A stretch of DNA of 64,000 nucleotides from Blastocatellia bacterium (lineage in GTDB: Bacteria; Acidobacteriota; Blastocatellia; UBA7656): NCBI GenBank assembly GCA_963765495.1, contig CAVXWP010000002.1, positions 1 through 64,000 of the forward strand, given 5' to 3'. Under the pieces are notes generated by a model. It saw only the letters and a list, made by a program, of their open reading frames with translations. It was not told the origin of the DNA and searched no databases. The position numbers and the translations under genes are program-made. Each line of letters opens with the position of its first letter. The first letter of the stretch is position 1. Below, piece by piece: positions 41,868-52,340 of the stretch.

Positions 41868-43351
41868 CAATACCTGTCAAATAAGCAAAATAGCATCACA
41901 AAATCGTAGCTGTGGCTTGGGCCAGTTGTAATGCTGTGGTCGCTTCAGATTGAACCCACTCATCTTTCTCTTCACTACTCGCGGATTCGATCTGGCTCGC
42001 CTTTCTGGTAACCTTTGCTCTCCTATATCTCTCAATAGCCTCTTGTATAATTGCTCCTTTTGCTCCTTTTCTACCATTTGGAATTCTGGTATTGCTTCTT
42101 GGATTATCCTCAATGCTCCTACAAAACTTATCCGATCCGGGTCTACTTCTGCCTCATTTGCTGCTTCGTGTATCAGTTTTCTTACTGCATAATGCGCTAT
42201 CAATAATGCGTATAACTCTTGTATGACTCCCTCTGGTTTTAGGCTTCTCAATGGCCTTCCTGCTAGTCGTTGATGTGTATCTATCTCATCTATGACTATC
42301 TCGATTTCCCATCGCTCGTGATACAAACACACCAACTCTTTGGCCGGATACTTCCTTTCATCCAATAGTGTTGTGACTATGCGGTATCTCTTCTGGTATC
42401 CTGCTTGGGTCGGGTCTGTAAAAGTGTAAGAGATTATCCGAACCAACTGTTTGTCTTCTTTATTTCGCCGTCCTTTTTGTGTTGGTCTGATATAGCCTAA
42501 CCACGTTCCATCTTCTAGCGTGCAAAGGTGTTCCGGTTTCACATTGTCAGGCAATCTACCAAGACATTGAGACCCTCGCTCAAGTGTCGCAACTACCATA
42601 TCATAGGAGTGAAAGCCTCTATCCCACATCAAAAGCATCCCTTTTCCCAGGCTTCTTAGCAGGCGAAAACCTCCAACTCGTTCACTGCTTTTTGCAGGCC
42701 AAAATCCTGCATCAATAATGGCATGAGTGCCACATTCTACAAGGTAGACAGCCTGAATTTGCACGAAGCAACACTTCCCGCGATCAGAAGCCAACCGCCC
42801 AAAAGCAGCATCATTTTCCGGAGTGTCCGGGGCTTCTTCAATAGAGCCGTCAAGGGCCATTAATCGCAGTCCAAATGCAAAAGCGCCACGAGTTTCATCT
42901 GTTGCCATAGGTTGTGCAACACGATGAAACAATGAGACTAAAGGACGAGGCCCCAACTGGTAACGACGATAAGATATTGCATTGTGTTTAGGAGGAGGAA
43001 AGTCAGGATCAGGCCAGATGAAACGCAAACCCTGAAAGACTCTCCGCACGACATGTCCAATAGAGAAATGTGAAAACAGATTCATAGCGATGATAATGAG
43101 CACGACAGCGCTCATAGTGAGTTTGCGATGTCGTTTGTGAGAGGCATTGTGGAGATCAAGAACCTCTTGGATTAATTCAATAGAGACGGCATCAGAGATG
43201 GCATCAATAGAGAGATGATCACAGAACTTTCGTTCATCGGTAATATGGCGTATTTTGTAACTCAAGCGAGGCGGCTCCTTGACAACTTTCGTTTCTATCA
43301 ACTCGAAAGTATGCCATAAATGCCGTCTCGTGGCTTATTTGACAGGTATTG
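41868..43351 (-). mobile_element. IS4 family element, second copy of 25699-27182 (CDS 41877..43301)
   Basis: Same TIR and protein; 10-bp DR TGCCTAAGAC. Confidence 0.93.
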
Positions 43352-43933
43352 TGCCTAAGACCGAACATCGGAGGAATGTTGTTGATCCACCGCATGTGAT
43401 TATGAACAATTTTGGTATTTTTCCAAATAGTCGTATCCAGCTACAAATTGAACACCTTAATTCCCTTTCGTCCTACGTTCAGGAGTTCAGGAGAAATTGT
43501 CTCTTAGTAATAGATCGAGCAGGAAGTGGAAAAACAAACCTTGTATGTGACTTTGCTCTCTCGCTGGCAACAAAACAACCTGTGCTGTTACTCTTTGGAA
43601 AAGAAAATTTTCATGGCACGGATGGGATTATCGAAAAGTTGGAAAGCCTGATATCCCACGCCTTTGACGTGCAATCATCAAGTCCTATTAGTTTGGTTGA
43701 CGAACTATTAGAAAAGGAAGGTCTCTTCCTTCATATCTTCCTAGAAGGGGTAAATGAGAATCGCAGCATTTCTGAGTTAGATGTGAATATTGCTACATTT
43801 CTTCAATGGGCCAGCAATCATAGAATTAGAGTAACTATCACTTGTAGGGATATATATTGGGTATTCTGTAGTGGTCCCCTAAAACTGGACAGTAGAAACA
43901 GACAGAACTACAGTTCAGAAATAGGAGACCACT

Positions 43934-44239
43934 ATGACGAAAAAGAGAACCTTCAAACCCCAATTGAAAGCCCAGGCTGTCTTGCAACTTCTTAGCGGTA
44001 GCAAAAGCGCTGCTCAAATCTGCCGCGATCTCAACATCAATGAAGCTCTCCTCAGCCGTTGGAAGCAGCAACTTCTCACTCACGCCCCGACGGTCTTCGA
44101 GACTGATAGTGAAGTAAACCACAAAGACCAACATATCGCTGAACTCCAACAAATGGTCGGGCGTCTTACTATGGAGTTAGAGATCGCAAAAAAAGCCTCT
44201 CAAGTTGTAATCTATCAAACCAGGAAAAACGGGAGGTGA
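43934..44239 (+). CDS. IS3 OrfA (HTH)
   Basis: FKPQLKAQAV..AQICRDLNI..LSRWKQQ; A7G slippery-like run near 44188. Confidence 0.9.
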   Translation: MTKKRTFKPQLKAQAVLQLLSGSKSAAQICRDLNINEALLSRWKQQLLTHAPTVFETDSEVNHKDQHIAELQQMVGRLTMELEIAKKASQVVIYQTRKNGR

Positions 44240-45084
44240 TCGAGATGCTTGCAAGTGACTATCCTGTGAGCGTTATCTGCAAAGTCGTTTGCCTGCCAAG
44301 AAGTTCTTATTATTACTCGAGAGTCGAGCGCGATGAGACTTCTCTGACTGCTGCAATTCAAGAGGCAGCAGCGCAGTTCCCGACCTATGGATCGCGTCGC
44401 TTGACTCATCAGGTCAAACGCGAGGTTGCTGACCTTGCACCTTTGGGCCGCAAGCGAGTGAGGCGAGTAATGAGAGAAAATGGCCTGATTTTAAGGCGAA
44501 AAAAGCAGACCAAACAGACTACAAACTCCCGGCACTCATATCCTCGGTATCCGAATCTGGTAAAGGGAGTAATAGTAACTCATCCCGAAGAGGTTTGGGT
44601 ATGTGATATTACCTACATCAAATTGGGTAAGGGCCAGTTTGTATACCTGGCGATAGTAATGGATGTCTTCACACGAGCGATACGAGGATGGGCGCTCTCT
44701 CAAGGGCTAGGAGTAGAGTTGAGCTTAGCGGCTCTAAATCGGGCGCTCGAATGTGGGAAGCCAGAAATCCATCACTCGGATCAAGGGGTGCAGTATGCTG
44801 CGACTGATTATGTGGCTATATTGAAAGCAGCCGGAACCCGAATCTCGATGGCCGAAGTAGGACACGCCGAGCAAAACGGCTATGCCGAAAGAGTGATCAG
44901 AACGATCAAGGAAGAAGAAGTCTACTTGAGCGAGTACGAAGACTCGGAAGAAGCCCTCTCTCAGATAGGCCATTTTATAGAAGATGTCTATCTGAAGAAG
45001 CGGATACACTCGTCATTGGGATATATGACCCCGGTGGAGTTCGAGGCGCAGTGGAAAATGAAGCAATCTGCGTCTATACTATAA
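44236..45084 (+). CDS. IS3 OrfB (rve integrase core)
   Basis: WVCDITY, HHSDQGVQY and NGYAERVIRTIKEE motifs. Confidence 0.93.
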   Translation: MIEMLASDYPVSVICKVVCLPRSSYYYSRVERDETSLTAAIQEAAAQFPTYGSRRLTHQVKREVADLAPLGRKRVRRVMRENGLILRRKKQTKQTTNSRHSYPRYPNLVKGVIVTHPEEVWVCDITYIKLGKGQFVYLAIVMDVFTRAIRGWALSQGLGVELSLAALNRALECGKPEIHHSDQGVQYAATDYVAILKAAGTRISMAEVGHAEQNGYAERVIRTIKEEEVYLSEYEDSEEALSQIGHFIEDVYLKKRIHSSLGYMTPVEFEAQWKMKQSASIL

Positions 45085-46283
45085 ACCGACTTTTTACTGT
45101 CCAAATTTTGGGGTCCATTACATTCTTCAATTACGATAATTGGAGACATTTTGTGAGTATGACTGTGCAGGGTGGGCTTAAGGAGTTTTCTGCCTCTGAA
45201 TACAGTTCTGCGCTACCACTTTATCTAAGCCATTTTAATATTAGGTGTGAGTTGGCTGATGAGGCTAGGAGGGCTTGTCAACACCCTCTACTGCTTCGTT
45301 TTTTCTGTGAGGCATATGGTTCTGTAGATGGGCCAGAAGTTCAGCTAGGCTTAGTACGCGATATTAGATTAAAGGAACTATTCGATGAGTATTTTACGCG
45401 GAAAGTAGCGCAAATACGACAATTCCTTCATCATGGGAACGCGGATTTAGTAATTAGCTACCTGTCTAAACTCATAGCCTATTTGTTCAACAGCTTATCA
45501 GTCTCTATCTTCTCTACGGAAATTCAAGAAGCAACAGGAGATGCAGACTTAAGTACAGAGAACTCTCTCTACCTCCGTTTATTGGACGAAGACATTATCA
45601 TAGAAGAGCAGCCTACAGAATCCATTGAGAAGCGGCGTATTGGCTTTGTATATGAAGAATTTATGGAATATCTATTGGCAAGAACTCTCATTGCGATGCC
45701 TGAACGTTTTGGTTTATGCACCGTATCTGATATTTTTCAAAAGCTTTATGAAGCAGTTAATGTCTGGGTGAATGCGCGTGGCGTTGGAGAATATGTCGGA
45801 ATCATGTTATTGGAAGGTGATTTTGGCTATTCACGCGAAGATGCAATAAATTTTATAACTCTATTAGCTCGCGGGGATTCGGTCTGGCCAACAGCCTTTT
45901 GGTCAGTAATTGGCAAATTATCAGAAGAGAATCTCAATGCAGATGTTTTTGACCTTTTTTTTGATGCAATTAAGGCATTTTCTGATATGAAGGTTATAAG
46001 AAATGCACTTGAGGCTATGTCAAGATACAGCCAAGAAGGCTGCCAATTACTCGCAGCGATTTTATTATGGTCGGCGGCTGTGCCTAAGTTTTTGAGTTGG
46101 AGTGAGTTCTACAGATTATCTCACATGTGTGAGGATGAATTAAAAGAACTGAGCTCACGATTGGTAAGTGCAACCTATTCCAAAGTAAGATTCAATCAGA
46201 TTACAAATATCTCCTACAAGGATGTTCTAAAATCGATACGACCATATATTGAGGAGGATTCCAGCAAAGGTATAGATAATGTC

Positions 46284-47820
46284 CTCGACTGTTGTGTTTT
46301 GAATTATCCAACGGGGTTATAATCCTGCTTGGGACAAGGTAACAGATTATAAGAATAGGTTGGATGATTTCCATGCAAGTACCGATTGTTGCACCATCGC
46401 CAATAGTTGAAAAGCATTCCGTGGCTTTTCGTGATTTATTTGAGAACTGTTGTCAGTACGAGCATTTTCAAAACTATCTGACAGGGTTGATTTTATTAGA
46501 CAACAAAAGCTTGAGCAACATCTCTCGGTGTGTCTTATCAAGCGCAGACAAAACCAATCTATCTCGGTTTTTCTCTCAATCGCCTTGGAGCGAGAGCCTG
46601 GTCAATGACCGTCGAGTCGAGTATCTAATTGAGCAGACACAAAAGCATCTGAGAGCGGCTAAGGATTCTTGTTTGTTGTTGGATGACACTCTGTGCGAGC
46701 ACTTTGGGAGTTTGTTTGAGTATGTTTCACGTCATTATGATCATTGCGACGGAACTTATCCGTTGGCGCACAATTTAGTGACTAGCCATTTCGTAAGTGG
46801 AGCAGTGCGTTTTCCTGTCTCGGCACGTCTTTATCGCCGTTATGAAGAGAAGACTAATTGGGAGGTTTTTGTCGGGAAATATTTTCCTGATCGCAAAATT
46901 CCAACCCGGAGCAAAGAGCGAAATAAGTTTCATAAAGAAGTTGATAAAAAGTTGCTTTCAGACCCTGAGTTCGCGCGTCTGCACACGGAGTTTGAGACTA
47001 AGATAATGTTGGGGGTGCAGCTAATCCAAGACGCAGTAGGACGCAAATTGCCTTTCAAAATACGTCTTGATGGACAGTTGGTATCTAGCTCCTCTGATTA
47101 TTGAGTGTTTGCAAAAACATGGGTTGGATTGGGTGAGTTTGCTGAAAAAGAATCGCAAAATAGAGACAGCGAGTTTCACTTTGCGCGATGCCGAGGGGAA
47201 GAAGATAGAGATAGCCGGGCCACACGTCAAAGTTGAAGAGTTAGTGAAGTTGATACCGGCAAGGGCGTTTAAGTCGGTGAAAGTTGATGAAAAAGAGTAT
47301 TGGTATTTTGCGTTGAATCTTAGCATCCCGGATTTGGGAAAAGTGCGTCTGGTCATCAGTTATTCAGATGCGAGCCTTGAGGGAACATATGCAGTGATAG
47401 TGACAAATCGAACCGATTGGTCAGCTAAGAAAATAATTGAGAGTTATCTGCAACGCTGGCCGATAGAGACGTTTTATCAGGACAGCAAAGGACATCTTGG
47501 GTTAGACGAATATCGAATGCGAGGAGCCGAAGCCGCTAAAAAACATTGGTGTCTGGTCTTCGTAGCCTACTCTCTATTACATCTGGATTGTCTGGAAGCG
47601 TCACCGAAGAAACGTCAGCCGCTGCTTCGGCCTATAAGAACTATTGGCGAAGCCTGTCGGCAACAAGGACAAGCATCGCTTGAAAACTTGATAATGAAAG
47701 CACACAACTTAATACAACAGGGGGAATCTGTGTCTGCAACTTTCGCCAGGCTTTTTGCTAAACAACATCCAATTATGGCTTGTTGATTGGTTGCTTTTCA
47801 CCTAAAACACAACAGTCGAG
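46284..47820 (+). mobile_element. IS701 family element
   Basis: TIR CTCGACTGTTGTGTTTT; 7-bp DR TAATGTC. Confidence 0.9.
46364..47786 (+). pseudogene. IS701 transposase with +1 frameshift near 47057
   Basis: LLDDT...; removing one A from TTCAAAATAC restores FKYVLMDSWY; YLQRWPIETFYQDSK. Confidence 0.85.
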
Positions 47821-48276
47821 TAATGTCATCAGACTTTATGGAGAGCCGACTAGAGCTCAATCGATTAGCCGCAATCTGGTTCGAGTGATTTGGAGATCAT
47901 TCCCCGAATTTCATCCCATGCTCATCAATGGACTCTTTAGCACAGATGAGAGCGTACGAAGGGTGTGTGCGGACAGGCTTCGATTTGCAAAGACATGTGT
48001 TAAAGAAATCATATTCCTTTGCAAGCAGATTGCAGAAGCTGAAGGCTCATCAGAAGTGGGGAAAATCCTTTTTCATACTGTAGGCTATTTAGAACAAGAA
48101 GTCATAAGGCGGTCGAAGACACGAACCGAATAACCAAAGTGCTTGGCCTAACTGCTCATTCCAGCGGACGCGCGTGCCAACTTCTCATGTTCCATCGGCC
48201 GCCAGCGCGCCGCTGAATTCGGCGTTAGGCGCGCAGAGCGGAATCCGTATTAGATGACATCTATGAATCAGGAGGA

Positions 48277-48810
48277 GTGATGATGTTGAGAGTAATTGCA
48301 GTCCTAGCATTGTTATTGTTATCTCTGACTGGCTGGTTAAGCGCGATCGAAAAATCTCCGACGCCAGTAGAAGGCTCACCAGTCGAGGTAACCTCACAGC
48401 AACTGAAAATCGGCGAGGCAAAAGGTAGCCTGATACAGAACAGGACAGTAGAATTGAAGTACGCCTATGCCCGTAAAGTAAAGGTGCAGGGTGACCCGAT
48501 GTATAGTCTTGTGCTAACCCACCGCCCCTATTCTGAAGATATCCTAAAAAAAGGCGACACCCTCAGTGATGCAGTAGGATTCAATGATATGCTCCACTTT
48601 ATGATTACACCCGAAGGCAAAATTGTCACCATGAGCTTCTTTCTCTCGCCACCGAATTTATCTAACTCGAAGGCGTATGCCTCAGCGAACAGGAAATCTG
48701 TGACGATTGGCGCCGATAGCATTGAGGGAGAGTTAGCCGAAGAGGATTCGGGTTTTGGTGGAAAATGGAGCTACAGAGTAAAATTTAAGAGCGCAATCCT
48801 GAAGGAATAA
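48277..48810 (+). CDS. Secreted hypothetical protein
   Basis: AGGAGG RBS, signal peptide, fills the cassette. Confidence 0.8.
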   Translation: MMMLRVIAVLALLLLSLTGWLSAIEKSPTPVEGSPVEVTSQQLKIGEAKGSLIQNRTVELKYAYARKVKVQGDPMYSLVLTHRPYSEDILKKGDTLSDAVGFNDMLHFMITPEGKIVTMSFFLSPPNLSNSKAYASANRKSVTIGADSIEGELAEEDSGFGGKWSYRVKFKSAILKE

Positions 48811-48934
48811 TTTCAGAAGCAGAAGCGGAGCAGACAATAGCAATCCGCCGCCTAACAGGTCGATCAACCGGACGCGCATGCCAACGTCTCATTAGCCCTC
48901 GGCTACCGGCGCGCCGGTTATCTCGTCGTTAAGC

Positions 48935-49198
48935 GCGCAGGAAATTGGTCGGTGAGAATTAACCAAACTGGTCGCCAAGATCGCAGCCAATATTATCTGT
49001 CTACAAGCTGTGCTGTTAGACTCACACTGGTCGTCAGATTGCAGGGTAGAATGACCTGTCTACGTCTGTCGAGTTAGACTCACACTTCGCCGCGCTAGTC
49101 GAAAGGGTAGAGTCAAAGTCCCGCTAAAAGGTAAAGTAAGCTTGCGCGGCTTGAACGACAGGAATCTTCATCTGTGACGAACTTACAAATCAGAACGC
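48935..49198 (+). other. ORF-less cassette family B
   Basis: Internal direct repeat GTTAGACTCACACT x2; homologous to 1836-2096. Confidence 0.78.
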
Positions 49199-49284
49199 GC
49201 CTAACCGTGGCATTCAGCGGACCCGCGTGCCACCGCCTCATTATCCCTTTGCCCACAGCGGGCCGCTGATCCCCGGCGTTAGGC

Positions 49285-49638
49285 GTTAGATCACCGATGA
49301 AAGGGAAACGACTCAACAAGCAACGCTACGAAAACCAGTTCAGGCGAGTCATAGCGAGGAGAGCCTCTTGCTCGCTTCTCTCTTCTCTTGTTCCTTCATA
49401 GGATGTTTCTTCCAAAGGATTATTCACTCTGGCTCAATGATAATGCTGCCTCGAAAAGATACCTTCGCAGCACAACCACCTGTTGAGGCAAGGGGTAGAG
49501 AAGCCTGAATGGGAAGGACAAAGCTTGCACATCAAGCTGCTTCCTTGGCAATGACAGGAAAAGCTGTCTCAGAAAGTGAGAGTGAAAATAGGAGGATCAG
49601 GGTCAGCCAAGCGCAAGAAATGAAACAGGCAAGGGACC
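49285..49638 (+). other. ORF-less cassette family A (copy 11)
   Basis: Family A motifs. Confidence 0.8.
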
Positions 49639-49723
49639 GCCTAACCGCTCAATCAACCGGACCCGCGTGCCAGCGATTCATTATCCCTCCGACCACAGCG
49701 GGCCGGTTATCTCGGTGTTAGGC

Positions 49724-50101
49724 GTCCATATCTCAATGGAAGCGAAACGACTCATAAAGCGATGATGCGAAAACATGTTCAGGTAGTCATCGCCAGGACA
49801 ATGCCCTTGCTCGCTTCTCATTCCACTCTCTTCGCATCGCTTATCTCTGTTCCTTTCTCTGATACTGCTTTCTCCCGAATCAGTCTGTTCAGCATTGCTC
49901 AATGACAATGCTGCCTCGAAAAGATACCTTCGCAGGGCAATTGCCAGTTAAGGAATGTGGCAGGTCAAACCTGATTGGAAGGATAAACCTGCCAATTCAG
50001 ATGCTTCCCCGACAATGGTAGGAAAACCTGTCTCAGAAAGTGAGACGAAAACAGGAGGATCAGGGCCAGCAAAGCGCAAGAAATGAAACAGGCAAGGGGC
50101 T
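49724..50101 (+). other. ORF-less cassette family A (copy 12)
   Basis: Family A motifs. Confidence 0.8.
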
Positions 50102-50186
50102 GCCTAACTGCTCAATCAACCGGACCCGCATACCACCGTTTCATTATCCCTTCAACCACAGCGGGCCGGTTATCTCGTCGTTAGGC

Positions 50187-50362
50187 TCGCGGGGAAATTT
50201 CCTGACCAACAGCAACGACACAGAGGCGGAAAAAAGAGTGAACAATGTCATAGTAACTAAACGACGCAGTCACAAAGCAGCGAGTCAAGATTGGGGCCGC
50301 GCCTCCCGATATGCCTTGATTGAATTGCCCAGAAAGCCGAGCGCGGCCAACGACAAAGGCGC
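50187..50362 (+). other. ORF-less cassette family C (copy 4)
   Basis: Identical to 19253-19428, inverted. Confidence 0.75.
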
Positions 50363-50617
50363 GCCTAACATGGGCATTCAACGGACCCGCATACCAGCTT
50401 CTCGTTATCCCTTCGGCCACAGCGGGCCGCTGATCCCCGGCGTTAGGCTCCCGTATTCTCCAGTAATTCTTCTTTTAAACATTTCTATTGCAATTCTTTT
50501 TCATCCTGGATTATACAGGCTTTCTATTGCGCTTATTCTCCTCATCCTTGTAGAATTCTTTTTCATTATCCATCTACTCGTTGCATCTATTTTACTTTAG
50601 ATTGGGAGGTTAGACTG

Positions 50618-51103
50618 TTGAGATCACCTTTTTTTCTTTTACTTGCAATTCTTCTTTCCCCTCTCCACGCCTTTTCGCAAAATGACTTCAATACTTATCC
50701 AATTCGCCCCCTAATTAGTATTATTGAGGACCACAATACAGTTGAGAGCAGCAAGGTGGACTTTGTTGTCTCGGCTGCCCCTTTTCCCTCTAAAACCGCC
50801 GTGGTCGTGACTGGCCAACACCGACCGATTTCCAAACCGAAAATGGATTTTATAAAGCTTTGGTTTGAAGTAAAAAATGCTCCTTTGGATCGTCTAAATG
50901 AATTCGAGAATGAATACCTCTTCAAGGAAGGCGACAAGGATTATTGGTTACCAGTTCTTAAACCAATCGAGCCCTACATGGAGAAAGAACTTAACAAAGG
51001 CGATATGACTGTATTGTACTACTTTTTTATGGGAAGTTATTCCAAGACATTGCGAGAGTGGGTGTTCGTTGTCGAAGAGTTTCACAAGGTCGAGACGAAG
51101 TAA
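50618..51103 (+). CDS. Secreted hypothetical protein
   Basis: GGAGG RBS, signal peptide, stop just before attC. Confidence 0.8.
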   Translation: MRSPFFLLLAILLSPLHAFSQNDFNTYPIRPLISIIEDHNTVESSKVDFVVSAAPFPSKTAVVVTGQHRPISKPKMDFIKLWFEVKNAPLDRLNEFENEYLFKEGDKDYWLPVLKPIEPYMEKELNKGDMTVLYYFFMGSYSKTLREWVFVVEEFHKVETK

Positions 51104-51247
51104 ACTGGCCTAACTGCTCATTCCAGCGGACGCGCTTTCCAACATCTCGCGTTCCATAGGCCCACAGCGCGCCGCTGAACTCGGCGTTAGGCCCAACAGA
51201 CGGGTGTACTCTTGCAGTCACCGTTCTATAATCGTTGAAGGTAGGAG

Positions 51248-52177
51248 GTGTTTTCCTTGTTTAATTACAGAGTAGTGCTTCTGTTTGTTCTTATGCTCAG
51301 TTTGAGCCTGGTATCATCATATAGCCAAGTTCGCCTCAGTGCCGAAGACGCGAACAAGTTATTAGTCGAGAAGGTTGAGCCGGACTATCCTTACTTTGCG
51401 AAACTAATGAAACACCAGGGAATAGTGAAGGTAGAAATCATGGTTTCCGAAGCAGGTGCGGTTGTTTCATCGAAAGTGCTAGAAGGTAATCCCACATTGA
51501 GATCAGCTGCCTTGGACGCCGTAAAGAAGTGTAAGTATAAACCATACGTTGTTGATGGCAAGGCGACACCTTTCATCACTACTGTTGACATCAGTTTCTC
51601 TCTAGGCATACCGGATGACGACATCAAGCGAGAGCAAGAGGTTAGTAAGAAGTACTTCCAGCAAGAAGACAAGTGCCGTGAGCTGCTAAGAAGCGGCAAG
51701 CTAAAAGAAGCTGAGATGGTCTGTAAGGCTGCTGCTCAGGTGGCAGAGGAATTGCCAAGTGATAGAGCATTAGAAAAGATGGGAGCTTACGAACTTGTGG
51801 GGCATACCTTAATGCAGCAGCAGCGTTATCAGGAAGCTTTAGATAGCTATTCACGCGCCCTTCAATTTGCACAGTTGAAGTTGACAGACAAAAATGCCGA
51901 ATTAGGGCAATTGTACGGCTATCTGGCCATTGCACATCATGGCATGAGCAACTTAGACAAAGCACGAGAACTATATAAGAAGGCTGAAAAGTCCCTTCAA
52001 TCAGCCTATGCAGATATGGCCTGCGACAACTGTGATGAAGAGATAGAAAAGATCAGACAAGATTATATTAAAACGCTAAGGAGGCTACTTGAATATCACT
52101 TGGTAGCCGCCCAACAAGCAGGCGCAGCATCGGAGGTCGAAGAGATCAAGAAGCTGAAGGAAAGTCTTCCCAAGTGA
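51248..52177 (+). CDS. TonB C-terminal domain + TPR protein
   Basis: VEPDYP..AK..QGIVKVEIMVSEAGAV..LRSAALDAVK..YKP, followed by TPR helices. Confidence 0.88.
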   Translation: MFSLFNYRVVLLFVLMLSLSLVSSYSQVRLSAEDANKLLVEKVEPDYPYFAKLMKHQGIVKVEIMVSEAGAVVSSKVLEGNPTLRSAALDAVKKCKYKPYVVDGKATPFITTVDISFSLGIPDDDIKREQEVSKKYFQQEDKCRELLRSGKLKEAEMVCKAAAQVAEELPSDRALEKMGAYELVGHTLMQQQRYQEALDSYSRALQFAQLKLTDKNAELGQLYGYLAIAHHGMSNLDKARELYKKAEKSLQSAYADMACDNCDEEIEKIRQDYIKTLRRLLEYHLVAAQQAGAASEVEEIKKLKESLPK

Positions 52178-52340
52178 AGTTGGGCCTAACAATGTGTTCG
52201 ACCGGAGCGCGGGCAGCGAGTTTTGCATGGTTTCTTCCAGTTGGCTTGCCCGCGCCCGGTCAACACGGGCGTTAGGCTCTCGCCGTCTATTTGTGAGATA
52301 ATAGAATCGTAAACATTTAGGGTGAACCAGAAAGGTATTC

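Larger units (their letters stand above)
43867..45122 (+). mobile_element. IS3 family element
   Basis: TG...CA ends with imperfect TIR; 3-bp DR TTC. Confidence 0.93.
40883..48133 (+). pseudogene. Restriction-endonuclease + NACHT/STAND NTPase gene (~980 aa) split by one frameshift and three IS
   Basis: FEEFV..GDRGRDI..FQCKR (Mrr-like), RAGSGKT Walker A, IFLEGVNE Walker B, HPLLLRFFCE. Segments 40883-41867, 43362-43866, 45126-46283 and 47828-48133 rejoin in frame once the IS and their DRs are removed. Confidence 0.85.

Noticed and set aside
47050-47070. Programmed frameshift in the IS701 transposase
   Set aside because: One extra A in a short run restores a continuous frame, so mutation or homopolymer sequencing error is more likely.
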